The notes under the pieces: model-generated
The model's database searches: none
What the model was told of the DNA's origin: nothing
What the model saw: only the letters and a program-made list of their open reading frames with translations
Position numbers and translations under genes: made by a program
DNA from: a virus
Virus record (IMG/VR): IMGVR_UViG_3300020473_002200
Coordinates: 96,001 to 160,000 of that record
DNA: 64,000 nt
Reading direction: 5' to 3' (one strand)
Shown here: piece after piece, positions 9,867 to 20,253 of the stretch
Position numbering within the stretch: position 1 is the first letter of the stretch
Layout: each line of letters begins with the position of its first letter

Positions 9867-10664
9867 ATGGCAGTAGATTTTGAAGCAATTAGAAGAAAGT
9901 TAAACCAACTTAGCGGTCAAGGGAATAAGCGCAATGCAATGTGGCGACCGCAAGAGGGAGAAGAAGTTACAGTACGTATTCTGTCATTTCCCAATAATGA
10001 TGACGGTCTACCTTTTACTGAGCGTTGGTTTTATTACAACATCGGTAATAACCCAGGCCTACTAGCGCCATATCAGTTTAGTAAGCCAGATCCGATTCAG
10101 GATCTTATTAATAAGCTTCGTGATGAAGGCACAAAGGAGTCTTATGAGCTAGCCAAGAAGCTTTATCCGAAGCCTAGATATTACGCGCCTGTAGTTGTTA
10201 GAGGTGAAGAAGATAAGGGGATTAGGGTTTGGTCTTTTGGTAAGATGGTATATCAATCTTTGTTGAATATTATGTTAGACGAAGACTATGGCGATATTAC
10301 TGATGTCGCTGAAGGACGAGATGTTAAGGTGATTTGTACAAAGGCGCCAGGTCGAATGTGGGCAACTACAGAAGTTCGTCCTCGGGGCAAACAAAGCAAG
10401 CTGTCAGACAATAATAAGCAAATTGAGAACTGGGTTTCTAGTATTCCGAACTTGGATGATATGTACTCACTTAAGTCCAGCGAGGAACTTGAGAAAATTA
10501 TAAATGATTGGCTAAATGGCGATCTAGAAGACTCAAGCACTGAAAGTACAGGTACCACAAGAAATACCAACTTTCAGAGTAATAATACCAGCGCAAATAC
10601 AGAGACACAAAAGAAATTTAACAGTCTGGATGACGCGTTCGCAGACTTAGAGAGCGATTTTTAA
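9867..10664 (+). CDS. T4 gp32-like single-stranded DNA-binding protein
   Basis: WRPQEG, VRILSFP, YYAPVVVRGEEDKG, DYGDITD...GRD; acidic tail DDAFADLESDF. Confidence 0.8.
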   Translation: MAVDFEAIRRKLNQLSGQGNKRNAMWRPQEGEEVTVRILSFPNNDDGLPFTERWFYYNIGNNPGLLAPYQFSKPDPIQDLINKLRDEGTKESYELAKKLYPKPRYYAPVVVRGEEDKGIRVWSFGKMVYQSLLNIMLDEDYGDITDVAEGRDVKVICTKAPGRMWATTEVRPRGKQSKLSDNNKQIENWVSSIPNLDDMYSLKSSEELEKIINDWLNGDLEDSSTESTGTTRNTNFQSNNTSANTETQKKFNSLDDAFADLESDF

Positions 10665-10677
10665 AAGAGGATTTTAA

Positions 10678-11871
10678 ATGGCAAAAAGAAAGTCTAAGAA
10701 TCAAACTGACGACTTTACTTCTGACCTAATTTCTTCATTAAATAAAGAGCATGGATCTAAGGTTGCATATAACCTGCATACCGATTCATCTCCGACACAT
10801 GTGAAGAGGTGGGTAAGTACAGGTTCAAAACAGCTTGATTATATTATTTCAAATAAAAGAGAAGGTGGATTGCCTGAGGGTCGGATCATAGAAATTTTTG
10901 GTCCGCCCTCAATTGGCAAATCGCACATCGCGATACAGATAGCTAGATCAACCCAGCAAATGGGCGGTATAGTTGTTTATATAGACACAGAGAACGCAAC
11001 TAGCGTTGAAAATTTAGGTCTACTAGGTGTTGACATAACAAAGCGTTTCGTGTACGTTGATACGCATTGCACAGAAGAGGTCTTGTCCATTGCCGAAGCT
11101 ACAATTATGAAGGCAAAAGCAATGGACAAAGATGTACCCATTACTATTATATGGGATTCAGTTGCTGCTTCATCTCCAAAAGCGGAGTTGGTTGGTGATT
11201 ATGATCAAAACTCTATCGGACTACAGGCTCGAGCTATTTCGAAAGGTATGAGAAAAATTACAGGTGTAATAGGTCAAACTAATACATTGCTGATTTGTTT
11301 AAATCAAATTAGGACTAATATCGGGGTTATGTATGGTGATCCGACAACTACGCCGGGTGGAAAAGCAATTCCATTTCATTCTTCTGTAAGAATCAAGCTT
11401 GGTGCAGGTCAGCGGATAGAGAATAAGAAAAAAGAAGTAATTGGCATCAACGTTTCTGCGAAAACGATAAAAAATAAGGTTGCACCCCCATTCAGGACTG
11501 TAAATTTTGAGATTCACTTTGGGAAAGGTATTGTTGAGCACGAGCAGGTGTTCGATGAACTTAGGAAAGCGGGTCCAGCGATAGTTGGAGATAACAAGAT
11601 AGAGTTAGCAGGTACCGGCGCGTGGAAATCTTTGCTTGTACATAATCAGAAAACCGGTGAAGTATTGGCTGAGAAGAAATTTTATAAATCTGATTTTGGG
11701 GAGCTGTGGAGTAATCCAGATCACAAAGGTTATATAGACGACTTGCTTGAAGCAACAATGGTCAGAAAAATGTCAGACCCAAAGTCTGTCGATATTGATC
11801 CAGAGTCTTATGAGGAGATTAGATCAATATCGCTAGAGGCTGGTGACGACTTTATGGAATTGGATACGTGA
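10678..11871 (+). CDS. recA: RecA/UvsX recombinase
   Basis: Walker A GPPSIGKS, IWDSVAA, LNQIRTNIGVMYGDPTTTPGGKAIPF, KNKVAPPF. Confidence 0.93.
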   Translation: MAKRKSKNQTDDFTSDLISSLNKEHGSKVAYNLHTDSSPTHVKRWVSTGSKQLDYIISNKREGGLPEGRIIEIFGPPSIGKSHIAIQIARSTQQMGGIVVYIDTENATSVENLGLLGVDITKRFVYVDTHCTEEVLSIAEATIMKAKAMDKDVPITIIWDSVAASSPKAELVGDYDQNSIGLQARAISKGMRKITGVIGQTNTLLICLNQIRTNIGVMYGDPTTTPGGKAIPFHSSVRIKLGAGQRIENKKKEVIGINVSAKTIKNKVAPPFRTVNFEIHFGKGIVEHEQVFDELRKAGPAIVGDNKIELAGTGAWKSLLVHNQKTGEVLAEKKFYKSDFGELWSNPDHKGYIDDLLEATMVRKMSDPKSVDIDPESYEEIRSISLEAGDDFMELDT

Positions 11872-12830
11872 AGCAATTTGCAAGACCGCTACTTATAATC
11901 GACTCGTTGAATCTTTTTACAAGACACTTTATTGCAAACCCAACAATTTCAGAAAATGGTAATCATATTGGAGGTATTGTTGGGTTTCTAAAAGCTATCC
12001 AGCTTTTGTCTGAGAGGTTCTCTCCTTCAGACATATATGTTGTATGGGAAGGAGGAGGATCGCCTCGCAGAAGAGCGATACAGTCTTCTTATAAGGATAT
12101 GCGACGCCCACAAAGGTTAAACAGATTTTACTCTGAAGATGAGATCCCAGACACTTTTGAAAATAGAAATTGGCAAATTGCTACAATTATAAAGCTTTTA
12201 AACAAAGCTGCAGTAAGACAATTTTACGTATCTGATTGCGAGGCGGATGATATTATCGCGTATATGTGTAATGATGTATTTTCAGAAAAGGAAAAAATCA
12301 TTATATCTTCTGATAAAGATCTCTATCAGTTAATCGATAAAAATACATTACAGTGGTCTCCTGGTCAAAAAAGAATAATCGATAGAAATAGTGTGAAACA
12401 AAAATTTGAAATATACCCTGAAAATTTTTGTTTGGTTAGGAGTTTTGTGGGAGATCCCTCTGATAATCTCCAGGGTATAAAAGGTGCTGGGTTTAAGAGT
12501 ATGGTTAAGAGGTTTCCAGAAATTAATGAAAGCAGCTTACTAATAGATGATCTAATTAAGTTAGCTGAGGCAAAAAGCCAGCATAGCAAATTGAAGCTTT
12601 ATTCAGAGATTGCGAATAACTCAGAAATACCAAGAAACAACTGGAGGCTTATGAATTTAGGTATCAGAAATTTGTCGGCATTTCAAATTCAAAAAATAGA
12701 TAGTTCTTTAGAGAATATTCATGATAAAAAAAGAGATAAACTTGGGTTTATTCGTGAACAAAATAGAATTGGTGTTAAAAATTTTGATGTAGAAAGATTC
12801 TTCTTAGCAATTAGGAATTTAGGTCGATAA
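11868..12830 (+). CDS. 5'-3' exonuclease (T4 RNase H / PolI N-terminal, FEN family)
   Basis: IDSLNLF, EADDIIA, SSDKDLYQL, GDPSDNLQGIKGAG. Confidence 0.88.
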   Translation: MKQFARPLLIIDSLNLFTRHFIANPTISENGNHIGGIVGFLKAIQLLSERFSPSDIYVVWEGGGSPRRRAIQSSYKDMRRPQRLNRFYSEDEIPDTFENRNWQIATIIKLLNKAAVRQFYVSDCEADDIIAYMCNDVFSEKEKIIISSDKDLYQLIDKNTLQWSPGQKRIIDRNSVKQKFEIYPENFCLVRSFVGDPSDNLQGIKGAGFKSMVKRFPEINESSLLIDDLIKLAEAKSQHSKLKLYSEIANNSEIPRNNWRLMNLGIRNLSAFQIQKIDSSLENIHDKKRDKLGFIREQNRIGVKNFDVERFFLAIRNLGR

Positions 12831-14236
12831 TGGAAAATAACGCATACGAAGCAGATGTCTTAGAACATGTCCCATCTGGACAGTTTTCAAAATATAACAA
12901 GCAATTTCAAGAAAAAATCTTACAAGGTCTTTTGACTGATCATAATTGGGCCGCTCAAATGGTGGAGGTTATGAGATACGATTTTTTTGAACTTGTTTAT
13001 CTAAAGTTCTTATGCGAAAAATATTTTAATTATTATTTTAGATATAAGTGCTTTCCAACAACTCAGCTCTTAATATCGATTATTAAAGAGTCATTTCAAG
13101 AAGAGAATGATGACTTATTAAAAAATCAAGTTATAGATTTTTTGCATAGAATGAAAAGGAACCCGAACCCAGGTGATGTTGCGTACGTAAAGGAAAAGAT
13201 TCTTGACTTTTGCAAGAGGCAAGCGTTTAAAGAGGCACTCGAGAAATCAGTAGAGCTAATTTCTGAAGATAAATTTGATCATGTTCTTACATTGATGAAG
13301 AACGCTGTATCAATTGGTTTGCCAAATTCGGCTGGTCATGATTTTTTTGAAGATATTGAGGCCCGCTTTATAAAGATTAATAGACAGGTATGTCCAACTG
13401 GTATACAAAAACTCGACGCGTCTGATGTCCTTAATGGTGGGCTCGGCCGTGGAGAAATTGGGATCGTTACTGCAAATACTGGTGTTGGTAAATCACATTG
13501 GCTAGTTGCAATGGGCGCCAACGCGATGCGTGTAGGAAAAAATGTTTTACATTATACATTTGAGCTAACCGAACAGGCTGTTGGATTAAGATATGATTCG
13601 AACCTTTGTGGGATCAATTCGTCAGATGTAATTAACCAGAAAGAAAAAGTGATTAATTTTTACGAAAGCAACGAGGATCTTGGGAGATTAATAATAAAAG
13701 AATATCCCACAAATTCTGCTTCTGTTGTTACGATAAGAAATCATATCGATAAACTTTTGTTAAGAGGATTTAAGCCAAGTGTGATTATAATAGACTATGC
13801 AGATATTATGAGATCAACCAGAGCCTATGATTCATTACGGCATGAGCTTAAATTAATTTATGAAGAACTTCGAAATCTTGCGATGGAAATGAGTATCCCG
13901 ATTTGGACTGCGTCACAAGCAAACCGCGATTCTGCAAATTCTGATATTGTCGGGCTTGAAAATATGTCTGAAGCATATGGCAAGGCGATGGTCGCTGATT
14001 TTGTCGTTTCTTTATCTAGAAAACCAATGGAAAAAGCCACTGGCCATGGTCGCTTATTTGTCGCTAAAAATAGAGCTGGAAAGGACGGAATCGTTTTTCC
14101 TGTTCACATAGACACAAGTATGTCTAAAATTGAAATATTGGATGAAGAAGTCCAAACTTTGTCTGAGGCAGTTCAAAGCGACGAAAAGGTGATGAAGGAA
14201 AATCTAAAAAAGAAGTGGGATGAGCTAAAGGGTTAG
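12830..14236 (+). CDS. DnaB-like replicative helicase
   Basis: Walker A ANTGVGKS, IIIDYADIM, WTASQANR, KNRAG. Confidence 0.88.
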   Translation: MENNAYEADVLEHVPSGQFSKYNKQFQEKILQGLLTDHNWAAQMVEVMRYDFFELVYLKFLCEKYFNYYFRYKCFPTTQLLISIIKESFQEENDDLLKNQVIDFLHRMKRNPNPGDVAYVKEKILDFCKRQAFKEALEKSVELISEDKFDHVLTLMKNAVSIGLPNSAGHDFFEDIEARFIKINRQVCPTGIQKLDASDVLNGGLGRGEIGIVTANTGVGKSHWLVAMGANAMRVGKNVLHYTFELTEQAVGLRYDSNLCGINSSDVINQKEKVINFYESNEDLGRLIIKEYPTNSASVVTIRNHIDKLLLRGFKPSVIIIDYADIMRSTRAYDSLRHELKLIYEELRNLAMEMSIPIWTASQANRDSANSDIVGLENMSEAYGKAMVADFVVSLSRKPMEKATGHGRLFVAKNRAGKDGIVFPVHIDTSMSKIEILDEEVQTLSEAVQSDEKVMKENLKKKWDELKG

Positions 14237-14248
14237 TTAGGAGAAAAA

Positions 14249-16744
14249 ATGGGAAATTTCGAAAAAGCACTATCAGAAAGCCTAGAATACTTTGGTGGGG
14301 ATGAGTTAGCGGCAAACGTTTTTGTAACAAAATACGCTTTAACAGACCGAGATGGGAATATTTTAGAAACAAATCCTGAACAGATGCATCGCCGATTAGC
14401 TAGCGAATTTCATAGAATAGAATCCAGATATAAAAATCCGCTAACGCAAAAAGAGATATTCGAGTTATTTGATCAGTTTAAGTACGTTGTGCCTCAAGGT
14501 TCACCAATGTCCGGTATTGGAAATCAGTTTCAGGTACAATCAATTTCAAATTGCTTTGTGATTGAAAGCCCGTTTGACTCCTATGGCGGAATTTTGAAAG
14601 TAGATCAGGAATTAGTCCAAATTGCTAAACGCCGCGGCGGAGTTGGATTTGATGTATCGACTATTCGCCCAAAGGGCCAAGCCACGGGTAACTGCGCGAG
14701 GACCACAGATGGGATTGAAGTATTCATGGATAGGTTCTCAAACTCCTGTCGAGAGGTAGCCCAGAACGGCCGTCGTGGGGCTCTAATGTTAACAATATCT
14801 GTCCATCACCCACAGGTTTTAGACTTTATAAAAATTAAAAGGGACTTGAAGCGCGTTACAGGCGCCAACATTAGTGTTCGATTAACTGATGAGTTTATGA
14901 AAGCTGTAAAAGAAGAAAAAGAAGTCCAATTACGCTGGCCAGTAGACAGTAAGAGTCCTGATGTTTCGAAGATGGCGTCGGCTAACGAGATTTGGGATCA
15001 AATTATAGAGTCAGCTCACGCCTGCGCTGAACCTGGTATTTTATTCTGGGATACAGCGAAATCAATGACTCCAGCAGACATATACACAGCTGATGGTTTT
15101 GGATCAACCTCTACAAATCCTTGTGGGGAAATTATCCTTTCTCCCTATGACAGCTGCCGTCTAATGTTAGTAAATTTAACTTCGTTTGTAGATTCAGCGT
15201 TTACCAAGAGCGCAAAATTTGATTGGGATAAATTTTCCGAAGTTGTAATAAAGACACAAAGATTAATGGACGATATGATCGATTTAGAGCTTGAGCAAAT
15301 CGATAAAATTATTAATAAGATTGAATCTGATCCTGAGCCTAGTCACGTAAAAGCTATTGAGTTGGATATGTGGAATAATGTAAAAAGTCGAGCTATTCAA
15401 GGTCGTAGAACGGGATTAGGAATTACTGGTTTGGGTGATATGTTGGCTTCTTTAGGCATTACGTATGGATCAAAAGAATCAATCAAGATGACTGAAGAAG
15501 TATATTCGAATCTAGCAACCAGCGCTTATAAATCTTCGTGCATTCTTGCAAAAGAAAGAGGCTCATTTCCAGTCCACGATCATAATCTTGAAAAGGATCA
15601 TCCATTCTTAAGTCGTATTTGGGAAAAAGATCCTGAAATCCTTGAGTTAAGTAAAAAGTTCGGTAGAAGAAATATCGCAATTACAACTACAGCGCCAGCA
15701 GGTTCAGTATCAGTATTAACACAAACTACATCTGGAATCGAACCTGCGTTTATGCTTCATTATATGAGAAGAAAAAAATTAACTGAAAATGATTTAGACG
15801 GTCGAGTTGATTTTACGGATGATAGTGGCGATAAGTGGCAAGAATATACAGTATACCATCATGGTTTCAAAAAATGGATGGAGACTCTTTCACCAGACAC
15901 GGTGGATACAACAAACAACGATAAGCTGGTTAAATTAAGCCCATATTCAGGCGCAACAGCGAATGAAATTGATTGGGTCGCAAAAGTTAAAATGCAAGCC
16001 GCGGCTCAAAAATGGGTTTGCCATGCAATTTCTAATACAACAAATCTGCCAGCAGACACTAGTATCGAGACTGTTAAAAGCGTATATATGGCAGGATGGG
16101 AAAGCGGTTGCAAAGGGGTGACCATTTATCGCGATGGTTGTAGAACGGGCGTACTCGTCAGTAATGAAGCCCCAGATATTTCTGAGCAAAAAATCCAAAA
16201 TATTAACGCACCTAGGCGCCCAGAGACTTTGTCATGTGAAATACATAGATCACAAGTTAAAGGTGAGGCGTGGACGATATTAATTGGTTTAATGGACGGT
16301 AGGCCCTACGAAGTCCTAGGTGGTAAGTCGGAGTTTATAGAGATTCCAGCGGCTTATAGTTCTGGTAAAATTACAAAGCGTGTCAGAAAGACTATGCCGT
16401 CTAAATATGATTTACACTTTGGCGAAAATGGGAACGAAGTAGTTGTTAAAGATATTGTAAAGGTTTTTGATAATCCTGATCATGCTGGGTTTACGAGAAT
16501 TATTTCTTTGGCTTTGCGCCATGGCGCACCTATTCACTATATCGTTGAGCAACTACAAAAAGATAGAGACGCTCATTTATTTTCATTTGCACGAGTTGTA
16601 TCCAGGGTGTTAAAAAAGTATATAAATGACGGCACAATCCCAGGTGGGAGCAGAGTGTGTCCTGAATGTGGGGCAGAAGACTCTATGAAGTACCAAGAGG
16701 GGTGTGTTGCATGTACCTCTTGTGGCTATTCCAAGTGTTCTTAA
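14249..16744 (+). CDS. nrdJ: class II (adenosylcobalamin-dependent) ribonucleotide reductase
   Basis: PQGSP, SNCFVI, TNPCGEI, TTTAPAGS, GCKGVTIYRDG, C-terminal CPEC/CTSC zinc ribbon. No beta-subunit gene adjacent. Confidence 0.88.
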   Translation: MGNFEKALSESLEYFGGDELAANVFVTKYALTDRDGNILETNPEQMHRRLASEFHRIESRYKNPLTQKEIFELFDQFKYVVPQGSPMSGIGNQFQVQSISNCFVIESPFDSYGGILKVDQELVQIAKRRGGVGFDVSTIRPKGQATGNCARTTDGIEVFMDRFSNSCREVAQNGRRGALMLTISVHHPQVLDFIKIKRDLKRVTGANISVRLTDEFMKAVKEEKEVQLRWPVDSKSPDVSKMASANEIWDQIIESAHACAEPGILFWDTAKSMTPADIYTADGFGSTSTNPCGEIILSPYDSCRLMLVNLTSFVDSAFTKSAKFDWDKFSEVVIKTQRLMDDMIDLELEQIDKIINKIESDPEPSHVKAIELDMWNNVKSRAIQGRRTGLGITGLGDMLASLGITYGSKESIKMTEEVYSNLATSAYKSSCILAKERGSFPVHDHNLEKDHPFLSRIWEKDPEILELSKKFGRRNIAITTTAPAGSVSVLTQTTSGIEPAFMLHYMRRKKLTENDLDGRVDFTDDSGDKWQEYTVYHHGFKKWMETLSPDTVDTTNNDKLVKLSPYSGATANEIDWVAKVKMQAAAQKWVCHAISNTTNLPADTSIETVKSVYMAGWESGCKGVTIYRDGCRTGVLVSNEAPDISEQKIQNINAPRRPETLSCEIHRSQVKGEAWTILIGLMDGRPYEVLGGKSEFIEIPAAYSSGKITKRVRKTMPSKYDLHFGENGNEVVVKDIVKVFDNPDHAGFTRIISLALRHGAPIHYIVEQLQKDRDAHLFSFARVVSRVLKKYINDGTIPGGSRVCPECGAEDSMKYQEGCVACTSCGYSKCS

Positions 16745-16756
16745 GGAGAGTAAAAT

Positions 16757-17359
16757 ATGAAGTGGATGACTAAAATATCACCGTTAATAAAAGAAGTAGA
16801 AATGCGTCATAACCCCGTAATAGTCAGGGTTAATAAATTCGATGAGGATGCTGCGAAAAAATTTGATCAAGAAATTGCGCGAGCGCACAATACGGGACAA
16901 AAGGTAATTCCCGTAGTTATTGATTCTTATGGCGGTCAAGTCTATAGCTTGATGTCAATGATATCAGCAATTAAACACTCTGAGCTTCCGATTGCCACGA
17001 TAGTCGAGGGTAAAGCGATGAGCTGCGGCGCTGTTTTATTTTCATTTGGGGAAGAGGGTCTCCGATTTATGGACCCAAATGCAACGGTTATGATTCATGA
17101 TGTTTCATCCATGGATTGGGGTAAGGTAGAGGAGCTTAAAGCTGGTGCGAAGGAAGCCGATCGCTTAAATACTAAAATATACACCATGATGGCAAGAAAT
17201 TGCGGAAAAAAAGATGATTATTTTATGAAGATTGTTGATAAGAAAAAGCATGCAGATTGGTTTCTTGATGCAGAAGAAGCAAAGAAACATGGGATGGCTA
17301 ATCAGCTAAGGATTCCAAAGATAACAATAGACGTTTCAGTCGAAATAGAATTAGAATAA
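16757..17359 (+). CDS. ClpP-like serine protease
   Basis: IDSYGG, GKAMSCG (catalytic Ser), MIHD (His), WFLDAEEA. Confidence 0.85.
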   Translation: MKWMTKISPLIKEVEMRHNPVIVRVNKFDEDAAKKFDQEIARAHNTGQKVIPVVIDSYGGQVYSLMSMISAIKHSELPIATIVEGKAMSCGAVLFSFGEEGLRFMDPNATVMIHDVSSMDWGKVEELKAGAKEADRLNTKIYTMMARNCGKKDDYFMKIVDKKKHADWFLDAEEAKKHGMANQLRIPKITIDVSVEIELE

Positions 17360-17385
17360 ACATAGATTTCTCCATATTTAAAAGC

Positions 17386-17610
17386 ATGGGGAAATATGAT
17401 CATTTAGAGACGCTCCGACAGAAACTTGCTTCTCGAGCAAGGGGTAAGAAGGTTAGCTCTGCTTTGGTTTCTCTTTGGTTGAAGTTTGATGAATGTTTAG
17501 ACAAGTATAAGCCGAGTTGTAAAGAGAATGATGCTGTCATTCGTGAGTTGAGAGAAATTCAGGCTTCAATAAAAGAAACCATAAATGGCGGAGCCGAAGA
17601 TAATGTCTGA
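17386..17610 (+). CDS. hypothetical protein
   Basis: 74 aa ORF on the coding strand, preceded by an ATATTTAA motif. Confidence 0.5.
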   Translation: MGKYDHLETLRQKLASRARGKKVSSALVSLWLKFDECLDKYKPSCKENDAVIRELREIQASIKETINGGAEDNV

Positions 17611-17923
17611 GAACGGATGGGCCGAATACTCAAAACTAGTGCTAAAAGAGTTAGAAACTCTTTCAACAGGAATCGAATCACTTAAGGACGAAGTGCATGA
17701 TCTTAAACAAGATATTGCGCTTTTACGAGACAGGGAAGATAGAGTAACTGAGCTAAGGCAATGGAAAGAAAAAGTTGATGAAGTAGTGTCTCCCACCCAA
17801 CTTCAAACACTGGCTAATGATGTCGAAAGCCTAAAACATTTTAAAACCAAGTCGATCACTATTTTTGCCGTCGCTCAAGCTGCCATGGCAATATTTGCTT
17901 GGGCTATAAATTTTATTAAATAA
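17585..17923 (+). CDS. coiled-coil protein with a C-terminal transmembrane helix
   Basis: Heptad-like stretch, then hydrophobic ITIFAVAQAAMAIFAWAINF. Confidence 0.6.
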   Translation: MAEPKIMSENGWAEYSKLVLKELETLSTGIESLKDEVHDLKQDIALLRDREDRVTELRQWKEKVDEVVSPTQLQTLANDVESLKHFKTKSITIFAVAQAAMAIFAWAINFIK

Positions 17924-17994
17924 TTTTTAAAAAAACTAAAAAAATAGCTATAATTTATTCATGAATCATTATATTTCATGGAGACATTTGACCT

Positions 17995-18801
17995 ATGCCT
18001 GAGGGACCAGAGTGCAGAAAATATGCCCTTTTTTTAGGTGATTATATCGGTGGTGACACACTAGAAAGCATTAATATAGTGTCTGGTAGGTATTCTAAAA
18101 AAGAATTACCAGGCTTAGAGGATTTTAAAAAAAAGCTACCATTACAAATCCAGGGTGTTGGGGTGCATGGTAAATTTATCTATTTCATCTTTCAAGACAA
18201 AAGCAGTCTTTGGTCGACCCTAGGAATGACCGGTGCTTGGGAAAAGTCAAGCTCAAATCACACACGGGTATCTTTAAGATTCTCAAATGGAAAAATAGCG
18301 TATTTCAATGATATGAGAAATTTTGGGACTATTAAGTTTTCTTTTGATCCAAAACAACTGGCAATGAAATTAGCTTCATTTGGCCCGGATATGCTGGCCG
18401 ATGATATTAGTAACGAGGTATTTCTTTCTTCTTTAAGAAAAAAAGACGATCTTAATATAACTAAAGCGCTACTAGATCAAACAGTTGTCGCCGGTGTAGG
18501 GAACTATATAAAGGCAGAGTCTCTTTATCTTGCAAGAATAAGCCCGTTTAGAAAAGTAAGAGACCTATCAGATGCGAATTTAAAAATATTAAATAAATCA
18601 ATAAAATCTGTAATGAGGGAATCGTTTCAAACAGGCGGTACGACGATAAATTCGTATAAAGATTTTTATGGTGAAATTGGTGATAACAATTCTCGTTTTT
18701 TAGTTTATAATCAAGATAGTGATCCAGATGGAAATCCTGTCAAAAAAGAAAAGACACCAGATGGCAGAACAACGCACTGGGTACCAGAAGTTCAGGGGTA
18801 A
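17995..18801 (+). CDS. Fpg/Nei DNA glycosylase, zinc-less finger type
   Basis: N-terminal PEGPE, HGKF, LGMTG, FNDMRNFG, LLDQTVVAGVGNYIKAESL; C-terminal GRTTHWVP with no cysteines. Confidence 0.9.
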   Translation: MPEGPECRKYALFLGDYIGGDTLESINIVSGRYSKKELPGLEDFKKKLPLQIQGVGVHGKFIYFIFQDKSSLWSTLGMTGAWEKSSSNHTRVSLRFSNGKIAYFNDMRNFGTIKFSFDPKQLAMKLASFGPDMLADDISNEVFLSSLRKKDDLNITKALLDQTVVAGVGNYIKAESLYLARISPFRKVRDLSDANLKILNKSIKSVMRESFQTGGTTINSYKDFYGEIGDNNSRFLVYNQDSDPDGNPVKKEKTPDGRTTHWVPEVQG

Positions 18802-18804
18802 AAT

Positions 18805-19038
18805 ATGAAAGAGTTTAATTTTAGCGATGATGTAATCGTCTACATATGCAAGGCGTTGCAAATCGCAATGATTACAGGTACAGATATTGTTGACAACTTA
18901 AGAATGATGAAATTAGTTGAAGGTGAATCAGGTACTCTAGAGGCCACAGAAGAGTTTAAGGCGCAATTTGAATCCAACATAGAAAAGATGATGGAGGAAA
19001 TTGAAAAATCCAACAATTTAGACGAGACACCAGCATAA
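18805..19038 (+). CDS. small acidic hypothetical protein
   Basis: 77 aa, in operon context. Confidence 0.55.
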   Translation: MKEFNFSDDVIVYICKALQIAMITGTDIVDNLRMMKLVEGESGTLEATEEFKAQFESNIEKMMEEIEKSNNLDETPA

Positions 19039-19057
19039 CATTTTAATATTTATCTTT

Positions 19058-19744
19058 GTGAGCTACAAAGAAAAAATAAAGCAAAGACAAATTTTAAGAG
19101 AACTTCGTAAAGCGAAGGCTGAGCTGTCAATGCTTTCATCATATCTGCTAGAATGTGAAGACGCCTTAACTGAATATTCATTAGAGTGGAGCTCTGATTT
19201 AAAGTTTATACTTGAGCACTTGTCACCCAAGACAGAGCCGACCTCCAATGAAAAAGAAGAGAAACAGACCTTAGGCGGAAATTCGTTTCATCATTATAAA
19301 GATGAGAAAAAATTAGACGAAGTAGAATTAAAGCCGAATACGCCAGAGTGGGCCAAGAAAGCATTTCGAAAAATTGCGTTAAAAACACATCCTGACAAAG
19401 TTAGAGATCAGCCGAATGCAAAAGAGCTGGAAGATTTATACGCAAAAGCAAACGAAGCTGTTTTCGAAGAAAACTATGATATGCTTTTAGAAATATGTAA
19501 TCTGTTATCAATAGAAAATAATTTAGATCCAGAATTAGAGCTGAAATATAATGAGAAAAGAAGAACTTCGATTAAAGAAGAACTGCAGAAAATAACAGAG
19601 TCTTTGCCTTGGGTGTGGTGCGAATCATATGACAATCCCGCGATAAGAGAGGGTTTGTTATTATCAGTACTACCACATTATGGCATAAATAATTTAACAA
19701 AAGAAGATGTCTCTGATATCCTGGAAAAGCTTTTATCACGATAA
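19058..19744 (+). CDS. J-domain (DnaJ-like) protein
   Basis: AKKAFRKIALKTHPDKV with the HPD motif, internal position. Confidence 0.7.
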   Translation: MSYKEKIKQRQILRELRKAKAELSMLSSYLLECEDALTEYSLEWSSDLKFILEHLSPKTEPTSNEKEEKQTLGGNSFHHYKDEKKLDEVELKPNTPEWAKKAFRKIALKTHPDKVRDQPNAKELEDLYAKANEAVFEENYDMLLEICNLLSIENNLDPELELKYNEKRRTSIKEELQKITESLPWVWCESYDNPAIREGLLLSVLPHYGINNLTKEDVSDILEKLLSR

Positions 19745-19799
19745 GCTGTAAAATCTCCATTTTTTATTAAAATAAAATTTTAGAAACTAGGAGTGCTAT

Positions 19800-20174
19800 A
19801 TGGCTGATCGGCTAGAGAAGATTTTTAATTTGCGCGGATCCTTTATGAAATTAATCTCAGAAAAAGTTTCAGGAGCATATCCGGAGTGGCCTGTAAATTT
19901 ACAAGACAAAAGATCTCAAAAGGCTTTAAGGGAAATTACATTTCGTAGTGTAGAAGAACTATTCGAGGCCTTATTACATCTCAAGAACTGGAAAGATCAC
20001 AGAGCGTCTAAAGATCAATTTGATCGAGAAGAATATCTTGAGGAAATGATTGACGCATTTAATTACTTTTTGGCTATTTTGGTGTTAACAGGTGTAGATG
20101 CGGATGAATTTTTTGAAGCATATAATCGAAAACATGAGATAATAGTTGATAGATTGTCAGAGATTAAGTCTTAA
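19800..20174 (+). CDS. all-alpha NTP pyrophosphatase (dimeric dUTPase / T4 gp56 dCTPase-like)
   Basis: EELFEAL...KNWKDH...LEEMIDAFNY...FFEAYNRKH acidic helix pattern. Confidence 0.75.
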   Translation: MADRLEKIFNLRGSFMKLISEKVSGAYPEWPVNLQDKRSQKALREITFRSVEELFEALLHLKNWKDHRASKDQFDREEYLEEMIDAFNYFLAILVLTGVDADEFFEAYNRKHEIIVDRLSEIKS

Positions 20175-20179
20175 AAAAA

Positions 20180-20208
20180 CTGAATAATTGCAATAATCCT
20201 ATTATAAT
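20180..20208 (+). promoter_or_regulatory. sigma70-like promoter upstream of dnaE
   Basis: CTGAAT (20180-85), 17 nt spacer, TATAAT (20203-08); same architecture as the 9791 site. Confidence 0.45.
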
Positions 20209-20253
20209 ATTCTTATCATAAATCAGCAATAAGATACAATTATAGGAAAATAA

